This document shows, in pieces, positions 1 to 12,929 of a DNA stretch of 64,000 nt. The notes below the pieces were generated by a model. It worked only from the letters and a program-made list of their open reading frames with translations. It had not been told where the DNA came from and did not search any database. This stretch comes from Squalus acanthias (lineage: Eukaryota), in NCBI GenBank assembly GCA_030390025.1, contig CM059432.1, positions 87,422,001 through 87,486,000 on the forward strand, read 5' to 3'. The translations under genes and the position numbers were made by a program. How positions within the stretch are numbered: position 1 is the stretch's first letter; each line of letters begins with the position of its first letter.

Positions 1-2011
1 ATGCAATCACATCCTTCCTATAGTGTGGCAACCAGAACTGCACACAGTATTCCAGCTGTGGCCTAACTAGCGTTTTGTACAGCTCCATCATAACTTCCCT
101 GCTCTTATATTCTATGCCTTGGCTAATGAAGGCAAGTATCCCATATGCCTTTTTAGCCACCTTATCTACCTGTCCTGCTGCCTTCAGGGATCTATGTACA
201 TGCACACCAAGGTCCCTCTGATCCTCTGTCCTTCCTAGGATCCTACCATTCATTGTGTATTCCCTTGCCTTGTTAGTCCTCCCAAAATGCATCACCTCAC
301 ACTTTTCAGGGTTAAATTCCATTTGCCACTGTTCTGCCCCTCTGACCAACCTGTCTATATCGTCCTGTAGCCTGAGGCTTCCCTCCTCGCTATTTACCAC
401 TCCACCAATTTTCGTGTCATCTGCGAACTTACTGATCATACCTCCTACATTCATATCTAAATCATTAATGTACACTACAAACAGCAAAGGACCCAGCACC
501 GATCCCTGGACACAGGCTTCCAGTCACAAAAACAACCTTCGACCATCACCCTCTGCCTCCTGCCACTAAGCCAATTTTGGATCCAATGTGCCAAATTGCC
601 CTGGATCCCATGGGCTCTTACCTTCTTGACCAGTCTCCCATGTGGGACTTTGTCAAAAGCCTTACTGAAGTCCATGTAGACTACATCAACTGCACTACCC
701 TCATCCACACACCTAGTCACCCCCTCGAAAAATTCAATTAAATTGGTTAGACATGATCTCCCCCTGACAAAGCCATGCTGACTATCCTTGATTAATCCTT
801 GCCTCTCCAAGTGAAGACTAATTCTGTCCCTCAGAATTTTTCCAATAATTTTCCTACCACTGATGTTAGGCTCACTGGCCTGTAATTCCCTGGTTTATCC
901 CTACTACCCTTCTTGAATAATGGTACTACGTTAGCTGTCCTCCAGTCCTCTGGCACCTCCCCTGTGGCCAGAGAGGTTCTGAAAATTTGTGTCAGAGGCC
1001 CTGCAATCTCCTCCCTTGCCTCACACAGCAGCCTGGGATATATCTCGTCTGGGCCTGGGGATTTATCCACTTTTAAGCCCGCTAAAACCGCTAGTACCTC
1101 CTCCCTCTCAATACTAATTTGTTCAAGTATATCACAATCCCCCTGCCTGATTTCTATGCCTACATCGTCCTTCTCCATAGTGAACACAGTTGCAAAATAT
1201 TCATTTAAAACCTCACCCACATCTTCCGGCTCTACACACAGATTGCCACTTTGGTCCCTAATGGGCCCTACTCTTTCCCTGGTTATCCTCTTGCCCTTAA
1301 TATACTAATAAAACACCTTGGGATTTTCCTTTATTTTGCCCGCCAGTGTTTTTTATGCCCCCTCTTCGCTCTCCTAATTTCTTTTTTAAGTATCCCCCTG
1401 CACTTTCTATACTCCTCTAGGGCTTCCACTGTTTTCAGTCCTTTGTATCTGCCAAAAGCCTCCCTTTTTTTCTAATCCATTCTTGTATATCCCTTGACAT
1501 CCAGGGTTCCCTGGGCTTGTTGGTCCCACCCTTGACCTTTACGGGAACATGTTGGCGTTGTACTCTCTCTATTTCCTTTCTGAAAGACTCCCACTGCTCT
1601 GATGTGGATTTTCCTACAAGTAGCTTATCCCAATACACTTTGGCCAGATCCTGCCTTATCATATTAAAATCGGCCTTCCCCCAATTTAGAACCTTTATTT
1701 CCGGTCCATCCTTGTCCTTTTCCATGACTACCTTATATCTCACCGAATTATGGTCACTGTCACCAAAATACTCTCCTACTGACACTTCTACCACTTGCCC
1801 GGCCACATTCCCTAGAATTAGGTCTAGTACCGCCCCCTCTCTTGTAGGACTTTCTACATGCTGGCTCAAAAAGCTCTCCTGGATGCACTTTAAGAATTCC
1901 GCACCCTCTAAGCCTTTCACACTCTGACTATCCCAGTTAATATTGGGGAAGTTGAAATCCCCTACTATTATTACCTTATTATTTCTACACTTCTCTGAGA
2001 TTTGCCTACAT
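1..2011 (-). mobile_element. CR1 LINE, 3' part of ORF2 (end of APE endonuclease plus RT), decayed; host element H, 3' half
   Basis: Minus-strand ORF pieces ICRQISEKCRNNKVIIVGDFN...SDHN, KSPGPDEI...NYRPVSLTS, QHGF...DFSKAFDKVPH; frameshifts and a deletion in the GVPQGS motif near 509. Confidence 0.93.
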
Positions 2012-5000
2012 ATAAGAACATAAGAACATAAGAAATAGGAGCAGGAGTAGGCCAATCGGCCCCTCGAGCCTGCTCCGCCATTCAATAAGATCATGGCTGA
2101 TCTGATCCCAACCGCCAATCTACTATCACAGAACCATCTCCTGAACCTAACAGAATTGGACACACGAAATAGGAGCAGGATCAGGCTACACGGCCCCTGG
2201 GCCCGCTACGCTACCCACAGGGCCATGACCGATCCGAACCTAGACTCATGTCCAAAATCCTGCCCGCTCCCCGTAACCCTTAATTCCCTTTACTTCTAGG
2301 AAACTGTCTATTTCTGTTTTAAATTTATGTAATGATGTAGCTTCTACAGCTTTTTGGGGCAGTATATTCCATGGACCTACCACCCTCTGAGTGAAGTAGT
2401 TCCTTCTCATCTCAGTTTTGAAAGAGCAGCCCCTTATTCTAAGACTATGCCCCCTAGTTCTAGTTTCACCCATCATCGGGAACATCCTCCCCGCATCCAC
2501 CCGATCCAACCCCTTCACAATCTTATATGTTTCAATAAGATCGCCTCTCATTCTTCTGAACTCCAATGAGTAGAGTCCCAATCTACCCAATGTCTCCTCA
2601 TATGTCCATCCCCTCATCCCCGGGATTAACCGAGTGAACCTTCTTTGTACTGACTCGAGAGCAAGTATGTCTTTTCTTAAGTATGGACACCAAAACTGTA
2701 TGCAGTATTCCAGGTGCGGTCTCACCAATACCTTGTACAACTGAAGCAATACCTCCCTATTTTTATATTCTATTCCCCTAGCAATGAAAGCCAACATTCC
2801 ATTGGCCTTCTTAATCACTTGCTGCACCTGCATACTAACCTTTTGAGTTTCGTGCACCAGGACCCCCAGATCCCTTTGTACTTCTGTACTTTCCAGTTTC
2901 TTGCCATTAAGATAATAACTTGCTCTACTATTTTTCCTGCCAAAGTGCATAACCTCACACTTTCCAGTATTGTATTCCATCTGCCAAATCTCTGCCCACT
3001 TACTTAGCCTGTCTATGTCCCCTTGCAGATTTTTTATGTCCTCCTCACTCACTACTTTCCCTCCCATCTTTGTATCATCTGCAAACTTTGATATGTTACA
3101 CTCGGTCCCCTCCTCCAAATCATTAATATAGATTGTAAAGAGTTGGGGACCCAGCACTGACCCCTGCGGAACACCACTAGTTACTGATTGCCAGTCTGAG
3201 AATGAACCATTTATCCCAACTCTCTGCCTTCTGTTAGATAGCCAATCCTCTATCCATGCCAGAATATTACCCCCAATCCCGTGATTTTTTATCTTAAGCA
3301 ATAATCTTTTGTGTGGCACCTTGTCAAATGCCTTTTGGAAGTCTAAATACACCACATCCACTGGTTCCCCTTTATCCACTCTGTATGTTACTTCCTCAAA
3401 GAACTCCAGCAAATTTGTCAAACATGACTTCCCCTTCATAAAACCATGCTGACTTTGTCCTATTAAATTATGATTATTCAAATGACCCGTTACTGTCTCC
3501 TTAATAATGGACTCCAAAATTTTACCTACCACAGATGTTAGGCTATAGTTTCCAGCCTTCTGTCTACTGCCCTTTTTAAATAAGGGTGTTACATTAGCAG
3601 TTTTGCAGTCTGCCGGGATCTTTGCTGAGTCCAGGGAGTTTTGGAAAATTATTACCAATGCATCCACAATCCCTACCGCCACTTCCCTCAAGACCCTATG
3701 CTGTAAGCCATCAGATCCAGGTGATTTATCTGCCTTGAGTCCCATTATTTTACCGAGTACCACTTCCTTAGTGATTTTGATCATGTTTAGCTCCTCCCCC
3801 CCATAGCCCCCTGTTTGTCCAGTGTTGGGATATTCTTTGTGTCCTCTACTGTAAAGACTGATACAAAATATTCATTCAGTGTATTTGCCATCTCCATATT
3901 TCCCACCATTAATTTCCCGGTCTCATCCTCTAAGGGACCAACATTTACTTTAGCCACCCTTTTTCTTTTTATATTACTATAAAAACTCTATCTGTTTTTA
4001 TATTTTTTGCTAATTTACTTTCATAATCTATCTTCCCTTTCTTAATCAATCTTTTTGTTATTTTTTGCTGTCTTTTAAAGTTTTCCCAATCCTCTATTCT
4101 CCCACTAGATTTGGCTACTTTATAGGCCCTTGTTTTTAGTCGAATACTATCCTTAATTTCTTTACTTAGCCACGGATGACTGTCTTTTCTTTTACACCCT
4201 TTTCTTCTCAGTGGAATATATCTTTTTGGAAGTTGTAAAATAACTCCTTAAATGTACACCACTGATCATGTATCATCTTACCCTTTAATCTATTTTCCCA
4301 ATCCACTCTACTCAATTCCGCTTGCATACCTTCATAGTCTCCTTTATTCAAGCTTAGCGCGCTTGTTTGAGATCTAACCTTCTCACCCTCTAATTGAATA
4401 TGGAATTCAACCATGTTATGGTCACTCATTCCAAGGGGATCCTTTACTAGGACATTTTTATTTAATCCTGTCTCGTTACACAGAACCAGATCTAAGGTTG
4501 CTTGCCCCCTGGTCGGTTCAGTTACATACTGCTCAAGAAGCCCATCCCTAATACACTCAATGAACTCATCCTCAAGGCAGCCCTGCCCAATTTGATTTGT
4601 CCAATTAATATGATAGTTAAAATCCCCCATAATTATAGATGTTCCCTTATTACAAGCCTCAACTATTTCCTGATTGATACTCCGTCCAACAGAGTTGCAA
4701 CTGTTCGGAGGCCTATAGACTACGCCCACTAGTGTTTTTTCCCCCTTATTATTCCTTATCTCCACCCAAACTGTTTCATTATCCTGATCTTTTGACCCAA
4801 TATCATTTCTCTGTATTACAGTGATTCCTTCCTTTATTAACATAGCCACCCCACCTCCCCTTCCTTCCTGCCTGTCCTTCCTGATCGTTAAATAACCTGG
4901 TATGTTTAATTCCCAGGCATTGTCACCCTGCAGCCATGTTTCTGTAATGGCCACAAGATCATACCCATATGTAGTTATTTGTGCCATTAACTCGTCTATT

Positions 5001-5370
5001 TTGTTACGAATGCTACGTGCATTCAGATAGAGAACTTTCAAATATGTTTTGTGACACTTAGTTCCTGCTTTTGCCCTTTTTATTACTTTACCTTTTACTC
5101 CATACCTTCTGCCCCTTCCTGACACACTCTGGTTTTAAATTTCCCCACTGCTACCTAAGTCTATGACCTTCTCTGTTGTCATTTTTATTATTTGTTCTCT
5201 AGGAACCTCCCCCCCACTAGTTAGTTTAAAGCCCTCTCTACAGCTCTAGTTATATGACCCGCCAAGGCTGTAGTCCCAGCACTGGCCAAGTGAAGCCCGT
5301 CCCAAAGGAACAGCTCCCTCCTGCCCCAGTACTGGTGCCAGTGTCCTAGGAAGCAAAACCCATTTCTCCC
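2012..5370 (-). mobile_element. CR1 LINE, 5'-truncated (end of ORF1, frameshifted ORF2, 3' UTR); inverted near-identical sister of 24173-28281
   Basis: ORFs 4208-5125 (APE) and 2246-3784 (RT; GVPQGSVLGP, FADD); GAACATAA tail at 2012-2035; reverse complement matches 24173-28281 except for the MITE present only in the latter. Confidence 0.95.
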
Positions 5371-5449
5371 AAAAGAGAAGACTTAGAGGAGTCCTGATAG
5401 AGGTCTTTAAAATTATGAATAGGTTTGACAGGGTAGATGTGGAGAAAAG
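5371..5449 (+). mobile_element. CR1 RT C-terminal fragment (host element G, 3' half)
   Basis: Encodes KRRLRGVLIEVFKIMNRFDRVDVE; collinear with the CR1 at 62813-62888. Confidence 0.85.
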
Positions 5450-7535
5450 AGCCTAGAAATTCGAAATGGCTAAAAACCGGTCGGTGCCTCCGTGGGCCAG
5501 AGTTAACGGCCACTGAAATTGATGGCACTGGCCAGACTGGTAAATTGGCACTGGTTGCTAATTTACATCAGCCCAGCACTAAACTTACCATGCAATGCCA
5601 TTTTCGTGGCATTGGTCCTGGCAGGAGGCCCAATGTAGCGCGTCATTGCAGCAAGAACAGCCTGCTCATAAAGCAAGGCTGTCAATTTAGAGAGAAGTTT
5701 TGTCCCTTAAAAGGGATCTGATGCCTTCTAAAATGAAAAAAATAAAAATCATTTAAAAACAGGCAGTTTTTAGCCCTTACAGCTCAACTGCCGTCTGAAA
5801 AAAAATTAACATTTGAAAAATAAATCTCAAATGGGTGTCTTCAGCTCTTAAAGCTGAGTTGCCTTCCGCACCTAACAAAAATGGGAAAAGTGCTTCAGCA
5901 CTAACACAAATGGCTCAGCAAGCCAGGGAAGGGGCACCCAGGGTCTCACACGCAGCACTCCAGCTTTGTGCAGGGGATCAACACTGCAAGAGAGGTCCTC
6001 TACCCACAGGGGCCAGGAGGCCCTCCAGAAAGTACGATGTGGGACCAGATCACCGAGACTGTCACTGCCAGCAGTGTCGCCCCCACCACCTGGCTCCAGT
6101 GCCCAAAGGAGTTTCATGACCTCAGAACAGTGGTCAAGGTCAGTGAATGCATCTTCAAAAGCCGTCTCCTACCAACTGCACCATTAGCCTCACACACTTC
6201 TCAATGCACGACTCCGCCCCCTGCCCAATCACTCACCTACCAACAATTTGTACCAAACACAAGGCACACCTCCCATTCCTAGCTTAATCTCATCCCCATT
6301 CTTGGCAGGTGCATGGCTGAGCCCTTGGCCAGCGGCAGGGCAGAAAAGATACGTTATCCTCCTTCTCACATGCACCTCTTGCTTTCCCGCCCTCCCCTCA
6401 CCACAACTCCACCCTTGTGCTTTCCACATTTCACACACCCAAGAAATCCAGCCAGCCCAGCCAGTGGTTGACCAAGAAGAGGGAGAGAAAAGAAAAAGAA
6501 AAGAAGAAGAAACAACACCATCACTTGATTTGACACTCCCAGCCACTAGCTCCTCAAGGTCGACCAGCAGGGCCATTTGCAGTCTCCCCCACTGAAAGTC
6601 AGCAGCCTTCCACCACCCATGCTGCAGCTACTAGGGTAGTACAGCATGACATCAGTAGGATGGGCAAAGGCACACACAAGACAGTCACTAAGAGAATGCA
6701 TAAGGGTGAGGAGTTGATTTCTTGATGTCATATTGGATGGATAGATGTATAAAGTTGGATTGGAAAGTTTGCTTTGTGGTGGCTTTTATTTCAGCATTGT
6801 GGCCAAGAGGACGCTGTGATGGTCAGTAACAGAGAGAAGGTAAGGTGTGGGACTAATGTTGAAAGTGGAATTGGAGTTGTGGTCACTGGTACCGCAGGCG
6901 GATGATTCGATCCCGGATATCCCGACCAGGAAGGGGCTGTCTGGGTTGCATCCTCCCTTCTGTTTCCTTGTCTCTGGCTTCCTCCTCTTCTGCGTCTTCT
7001 TCTGCGAATTCCTCTTCTGCGTTTTCCTATTCCCTCGGCGAGTGGATGCTGTAAATCGGAAATAAAAGCATAAAATGCTGTAAATACTGAGCAGGTCAGG
7101 CAGCATCTTGACCTGACACGTGAACTCTGTTTCTCTCTCCACAGATGCTGCCTGACCTGTTGAGTATTTACAGCATTTTCTGTCTTCTCAGAGGCCTTCC
7201 TTTACCATCCAATGCTTGAAAATGTCCAGCAGCACTCCCTGCACACTTAAAAAACTTTTAACTTGTATTGCACCAAGTCACTATTTCAATAAAATATTTT
7301 TAAAAATCCAGTCCAAATGCATAAATGCAAACTTATCTGAAAGATGTGTGTGTCTCTTTAAGAGGTGCTGACAGTGTCTCTGTCAGTCTACTGCACGCTC
7401 ACTTTTCAGCGCGAGCTTAGAACCCAGTGCTAAACTCAGCGCTAAGGTCCAAGTTCGCAGAGCATGATGCTAAGTCAGCTTGCACGCCGACTGGCTTTTT
7501 CTCAGCTGCCATTTCTTCTCAGTAAGTGGAATTTC
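5450..7535 (+). mobile_element. Decayed PIF/Harbinger element (Myb/SANT gene remnant on +, possible transposase C-terminal remnant on -)
   Basis: TIR-like GCCTAGAAATT at 5451; MAQQAREGAPRVS...WDQITETVTASSVAPTTWLQCPKEFHDLRTVVK followed by a GT donor near 6139; homologous to 33670-35620. Confidence 0.7.
7043..7183. repeat. Head-to-head inverted Penelope pseudo-LTR remnant (hairpin with arms of about 37 bp)
   Basis: AAAATGCTGTAAATACTGAGCAGGTCAGGCAGCATCT (7072-7108) is inverted at 7143-7179; same sequence as the Penelope terminus at 15055-15092. Confidence 0.8.
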
Positions 7536-7551
7536 TGTTGTCTGAACTAAT

Positions 7552-9201
7552 GGCCAGTATTTGCCGATGCCTACGGGTGTGTACGGGCTGTGTACACACC
7601 CGTAGGGCCATCGGAAATGCCGGTTTCAAGCATGCGAAAAGCATGTGCTGAAAACCGGCATTTCCGATCTGTCAAAATGCTCTTGAGAGATCGCACGCCT
7701 GCCCTGGAGAAGGGCCTCTGCGGGGGGAGAGTTCCGCTTTCTGCAGAACCTCCGCCCGCAGAAAACCCTTAGAAATCTTACGCCTGGTAAAAGCAGGCGT
7801 AAGGCCTGCTTTTACCAGCATAAGAGTTGAAAAAAAGTTAAAAAAAAAAAAATGTTCTCACTCATTTATAATTTTAAAATACTTTTAAAAAAGGTAAGTT
7901 TATTTTTAGCCCCGTAAAAAACTTTAATTATTTTTTTCAAAAAATTAATCTTTTGTTTAAAATATTTAATTTATTGTTATTTTAACTCATTTTAAAAACG
8001 TGATTTAAAAAAAAATATTTAGGGGTAAAAATTCAGTTGGTTGCGCCTCCCGTTAGCGCCTTAAGAGGGCGCTAATGGGGCGCAAAGCCGCTGACGCCCG
8101 GGCGCAGCGATGTTTGCGCCGCTCGGGAACTTAACTTGACATTGTGCGGCGGCGCTAAAACTTACCGCTGCGACCACCTGCGCGCGCAGATTGTGACGTC
8201 ATTCCATGGTGCAACGCCCTTGTGGTGCCCCGGAGCGGAAATTGAGTGGCGCCCCCTGCCTTACCGCCTGGCGCATCCAACGACCAGAAGACTGGAACGC
8301 TATCAATCGCTGTGGGGCTGGGGGGGGCGCTATTTAAAGGGGGCCTCTTCCTGCCTTTTATTGTTGGTGGCATTTTTGAACTACGCATTCTGAGAGAGAG
8401 AGGGAGAGACTTCTGGAGAGATTCAACGTTGTGTGAAGGAGTTTTGGGTACTGAGCAGCACTTTGCAGGTTCATTTTGATTTGCCATTCCTTGTATCGAT
8501 TTAGCAGAGACTGTGGGAGCTGCACTCTGAGCTCTTTGCCTGGTACTCTCCATTGTTCTTTCCAGCACATTTGATGTGCAAGTCTCTCCAGGCCGAGATT
8601 CAAGGCTGCAATGAACAGGATGTGGATGGAAAGCAAGATTAACCATCCCCTTTAAGAACTGGCCCGTGCCATTGTGTGTGTGTTCCATTGCTGACTGACA
8701 TTACATGAGCTTCGCCAGCGCTCTGAGTTAGCGCCTCACTCCTTGGCCTTTGCGCCTTAAGACAGGTGTGCAGCGCCTGCTTTAGCGCTCCACTCACCTC
8801 CCGGGGCGGTAAAAGTGAAGTTTCCAGTCAGTGCCGATAATTAGCGCCAAGCGCTAATATTTGCGTTCAGACAATATTTGCGCCCCAAATGGGGCGCGAC
8901 CTAATTTTATTCCTTAATGTTTTAGTGTGTTTTTGGGGTGATCTCCATTCATATATTTGACAGGTCTGTCAAAAGTATGAAGGGAGATTCCCTTCTCCTA
9001 TTGGCTGGCCTGGCCCACGTGATCCCAGGGACGCTTGCGAACTGCATGCGCCCCTGGGATACCTGGGCCCTGCGCATTCCAACTTTGGAGAGGCCCAGGA
9101 GCGGAAGCGTTCGGACCTCGGGAGCCCTCAGGTAAGTTCGTAGATTTTTTTCCGATAGGAGGCATCCGCACGCAGGAAGCCTCCATCAGAAATTACGGGC
9201 C
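7552..9201 (+). mobile_element. Non-autonomous Harbinger-type element (family M1) containing a nested M2 copy
   Basis: TIRs GGCCAGTATTTGCCGATG / CATCAGAAATTACGGGCC; AAT TSD at 7549-7551 and 9202-9204; second copy at 60802-61485. Confidence 0.88.
8022..8913 (-). mobile_element. Non-autonomous Harbinger element (family M2) sharing both ends with the autonomous element 43610-47773
   Basis: Starts GGGGTAAAAATTCAG; TTA TSD; removing it restores TATTTAATGTTTT as in the empty M1 copy near 61212; inverted copy of 48036-48931. Confidence 0.93.
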
Positions 9202-9752
9202 AATAGTTTAAACAAAAAATTTAACTTTAGCTAGTCAGGTCTTGCATGCCTCGTGAAACCCGCCAGCCAATACAAGGCGAGGACTGCTGGATCCTGGAGG
9301 TAAGTGCCTTTACACTTAGCTCCTGGATACAGCGTCCCTGCCTAACCCACCCGCCGCCCCACCCCCACCCCCGATCGGAGACCCCCCACGAGGCCTCCGA
9401 TTCCCCCCCCACACGGCCACCAATTCCCCCAACCCGCCAGGCCTCTGATCCCCCCCCTCGGCCACCAATTCCACCCTCCCCCCCCATAGGAGTATGTCAG
9501 CAGCATGCCTTAAGCTTTATTCAAATAAATTTGCTTCTTTCTCTGAGCACATTGCTAGCGATTTCTGCAGACATTCCCCGGCGGAGCCTCCGGAGAAACC
9601 GCCATAAACAGCTAAAAAATGGCCATTTACACCATTCTCCAGGGTTTTTGCCAAAGTTACAGAAGTTTGGCACTGGTGGAGGTGCCGACCTACGGGGTGA
9701 GACATTAACCTGGGGGCCCCACTCGTCTGTAAAAGTACTCAAAAACACATTA

Positions 9753-10186
9753 ACCAACTTTTATCAAGCTGGATCTCTTTTCTCGAGAAAAGAGAGGACT
9801 GAGGACTGAATTGATAGAGATCTTTAACATTATGAAGGGGTTTGATAAGCTAGACATAGAGAAGATCTTTCCATCTGTGGGTGAATCCAAAACTAGTGTT
9901 TATGAATATAAGATAGTCAATAATAAATCCACTAAGTCAGCCCGAAGAAACTTCTTTACCCAGAGAGTAGTGAGAATGTGGAACTCGCTACCCCATGGAG
10001 CAGTTGACGCGAATGGCATAGATGCATTTAAGGGGAAGCTTGATAAGCACATGAGGGAGAAAGGAATAGAATGATATGTTGGTAGGCTGAGAGGAAGTAG
10101 GTTGGGATGAAGCTTGTATGGAGTATAAACACCAGCATAGACCAGTTGGGCCGAATGTCCTGTTTCTGTGCTGTAAATTATATGTA
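9753..10186 (+). mobile_element. CR1 3' fragment
   Basis: LIEIFNIMKGFD...RNFFTQRVVRMWNSLP followed by a CR1-type 3' UTR. Confidence 0.85.
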
Positions 10187-10442
10187 AGATCGGAAGAACC
10201 CTGTGGAAACTCTCCCCTATGGTGTTGTATATTTGTCCCATCTCTGACCACTAGATGGCTCTGGACAATGTTAACACATCATTACACATCCCAGCAGGAC
10301 TCAATGGCCTAGAAATTAGTTTAGGCCAGCTTTGAAACACCAAATGGGCACAGGAAACTATCCCTGCACCCAAAAACAGAGGCCCAAGAAACACGAGAAA
10401 TGGGTCCTCAGGCCTCAACTACATAACTGCAGCGAGTTGCCA

Positions 10443-12290
10443 TACATAGAAACATAAAAGATAGGAGCAGGAGTAGGCCATTCAGCCCCTCGAGCCTGCT
10501 CCGCCATTCAATGAGATCATGGCTGATCATCCAAATTCAGTACCCTGTCCCTGCCTTCTCCCCATATCCCTTGATCCCTTTAGCTTTAAGAAATATATCT
10601 AACTCCTTCTTGAATATATTTAATGAATTGGCCTTTACTGCCCTCTGTGGTAGAGAATTCCATAGGTTCACCACTCTCTTGGTGAAGAAATTCCTCCTCA
10701 TCTCAGTCCTAAATCCTTATCCTTAGACTGTGACGCCTGGTTCTGGACTCCCCGGCCATCGGGAACATCCTTCCTGCATCTAGTCTGTCTAGTCCTGTCA
10801 GAATTTTATAAGTTTCAATGAGATCCCCTCTCATTCTTCTAAACTCCAGTGAGTATAAGCCCAATCGACCCAATCTCTCCTCATACGTCATTCCTGCCAT
10901 CCCAGGTATCAGCCTGGTGAATCTTCGCTGCACTCCCTCCATGGCAAGAACATCCTTCCTCAGATAAGGCGAGCAAAACTGCACACAATACTCAAGATGT
11001 GGTCTCACCAAGGCCCTGTACAACTGCAGCAAGACATCCTTGTTCCTGTACTCGAACCCTTTCACTACGAAGGCCAACATACCATTTGCCTTCTTAACCG
11101 CCTGCTGCACCTGCATGCTTACCTTCAGCGACTGGTGCACAAGGACACCCAGGTCTCGTTGCACTTCCCCTTCTCCCAATCTATTGCCATTCAGATAATA
11201 ATCTGCCTTCCTGTTTTTGACACCAAAGTGGATAACCTCGCATTTATCCACATTATATTGCATCTGCCACGCTTCTGCCCAATCACCCAACCTGTCCAAA
11301 TCATCCTGGAGTTTCTCGGCATCCTCCTCACGGCACACACGCCCACCCAGCTTTGTGTCGTCTGCAAACTTGGAGATATTACATCTCGTTCCCTTGTCTA
11401 GATCATTAATATATATTGGCCCAGAAATTAAAGACTGAGTGTTGACGCGGGGGTAAGGCTTCCCCGCGATCTCTCACTCCGCGTTGGCTTTTTCAGTTCC
11501 AGCTCGCACGAACTTCATGTTCTGGACAGCTGCTGTGCAGTGCTTGCGTATCCCACCGGCGTAGTGAATTCGTGCGAGCTGTGGGATCACGTGACTCAGT
11601 TAGAGCCAATGGCAGCACACCATCTTCCATTCATAAGTTTCACATAAGTGCTGTGAAACCTATGAATCTTACACACCCCCAAAATAACAGCTAAACCTCA
11701 ATTAAATTAAAAAAAAAACCATCACATTAATAAAATAAGTATAGTTAAATAAATTAACCATTTTAAATAAAAAATTAAATTTTTGAAAAAATTTTAAATC
11801 TTTTAAAAAGTTATAAAAATAAACTTACCTGTCTTTAAAGTCTCTAAAAAAGATATACCTGTTAAAAAAAATTCAAAATAATACTTAATTCACTACTTAC
11901 CTTGTTAAAAGTGGGTCTTACTCCTCCTTTTTTCATTTCTAAAATCTTCAGTACTTACCTGCGCATCCAAACCACTAAGTGCACAGCGTGCGCGCAGCCT
12001 GTAGCGCGCACACGGTGCACCGAGGACCCGCCCCCTTTTCCATTCACCAAGTGCCGGTTTTCAGCGCATGCGCAGTGCATGCAGAAAACCGGCAATTGGA
12101 GAAAGAATACGCGAGAGTACGCAGTGCGTACTCTCGCGTAGTAAGACTAATTTTTGGGCCATTGTCAATAGCTGGGGTCCTAGGACCGATCCCTGCGGTA
12201 CCCCACTAGTCACTGCCTGCCACTCGGAAAAAGACCCGTTTATTCCAACTCTTTGCTTCCTGTCTGCCAACCAGTTCTCTATCCAAGTCA
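10443..12290 (-). mobile_element. 5'-truncated CR1 interrupted by an M3 MITE
   Basis: RT C-terminal ORF 10709-11338; GVPQGSVLGP near 12175-12205; ACATAGAA tail at 10443-10460; same family as 15996-18668. Confidence 0.92.
11418..12160 (-). mobile_element. Non-autonomous Harbinger-type element (family M3)
   Basis: TIRs GGCCCAGAAATTA / TAATTTTTGGGCC; ATT TSD; splits the CR1 RT at LLTI|IYIND; inverted copy of 26638-27376. Confidence 0.93.
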
Positions 12291-12929
12291 ATGCCGGTGC
12301 CTATCGCGCCTCCACAGACAGCTTGCCCAACTGAAGAATCCAATTTTGGGCCATCTGCCTTGCTGGCAGCAGCCTTCAAATAAGTCCCGGGGTGGGGGAG
12401 TTGGAGGAAAGCTGGAGAGGGCCAATCGGGGTCAACTGCAACCAACAGGAGTGCTATGGAGCCGGGAGAAAGCACTACATCCACTTGTATGACCATAAAA
12501 CAGGCACAATGAGGTACAATTTCTACCCCAATAACTTCAGGAGAACTAAAAAGAAAATTGAAAAGAAACTTTACTTTTGTTCTGTCTTTTTCCCATACAA
12601 ATCAGTCTTTTCTCCCTATTATCTTTTCTTTCATATTCTCCAGTTTTACTTTATTTTACATTATTTCTGATCGATATGCAATGTCTTAACTTTCATTTTA
12701 CATTTATTCTTAATTACATCATGTGAATATTAAATGTACCTGTTGCCCTGTGCCTGTCGTGTGCCAGCATCCATTCTGAAGCTGGGACATACATGGATAA
12801 AATCTTCCTTTATTAAACCAACTGGGTCAGACTTATGATTTTGTGGGAGTCAATGTTGGCCATTCTGACAGAACGTGTCACAGCCTAGGAAGCTGAAAGC
12901 ATCAAAATAAGTATTCCCAACAGCAAACG

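Noticed and set aside
8155..8688. 177/178-aa ORF shared by both M2 copies (also 48262-48798)
   Set aside because: It runs through GC-rich terminal sequence with no recognisable domain; conservation is explained by recent copying
9340..9490. C-rich imperfect repeats / Pro-rich ORF
   Set aside because: Low-complexity sequence, probably within a decayed DNA-transposon fragment; no coding evidence
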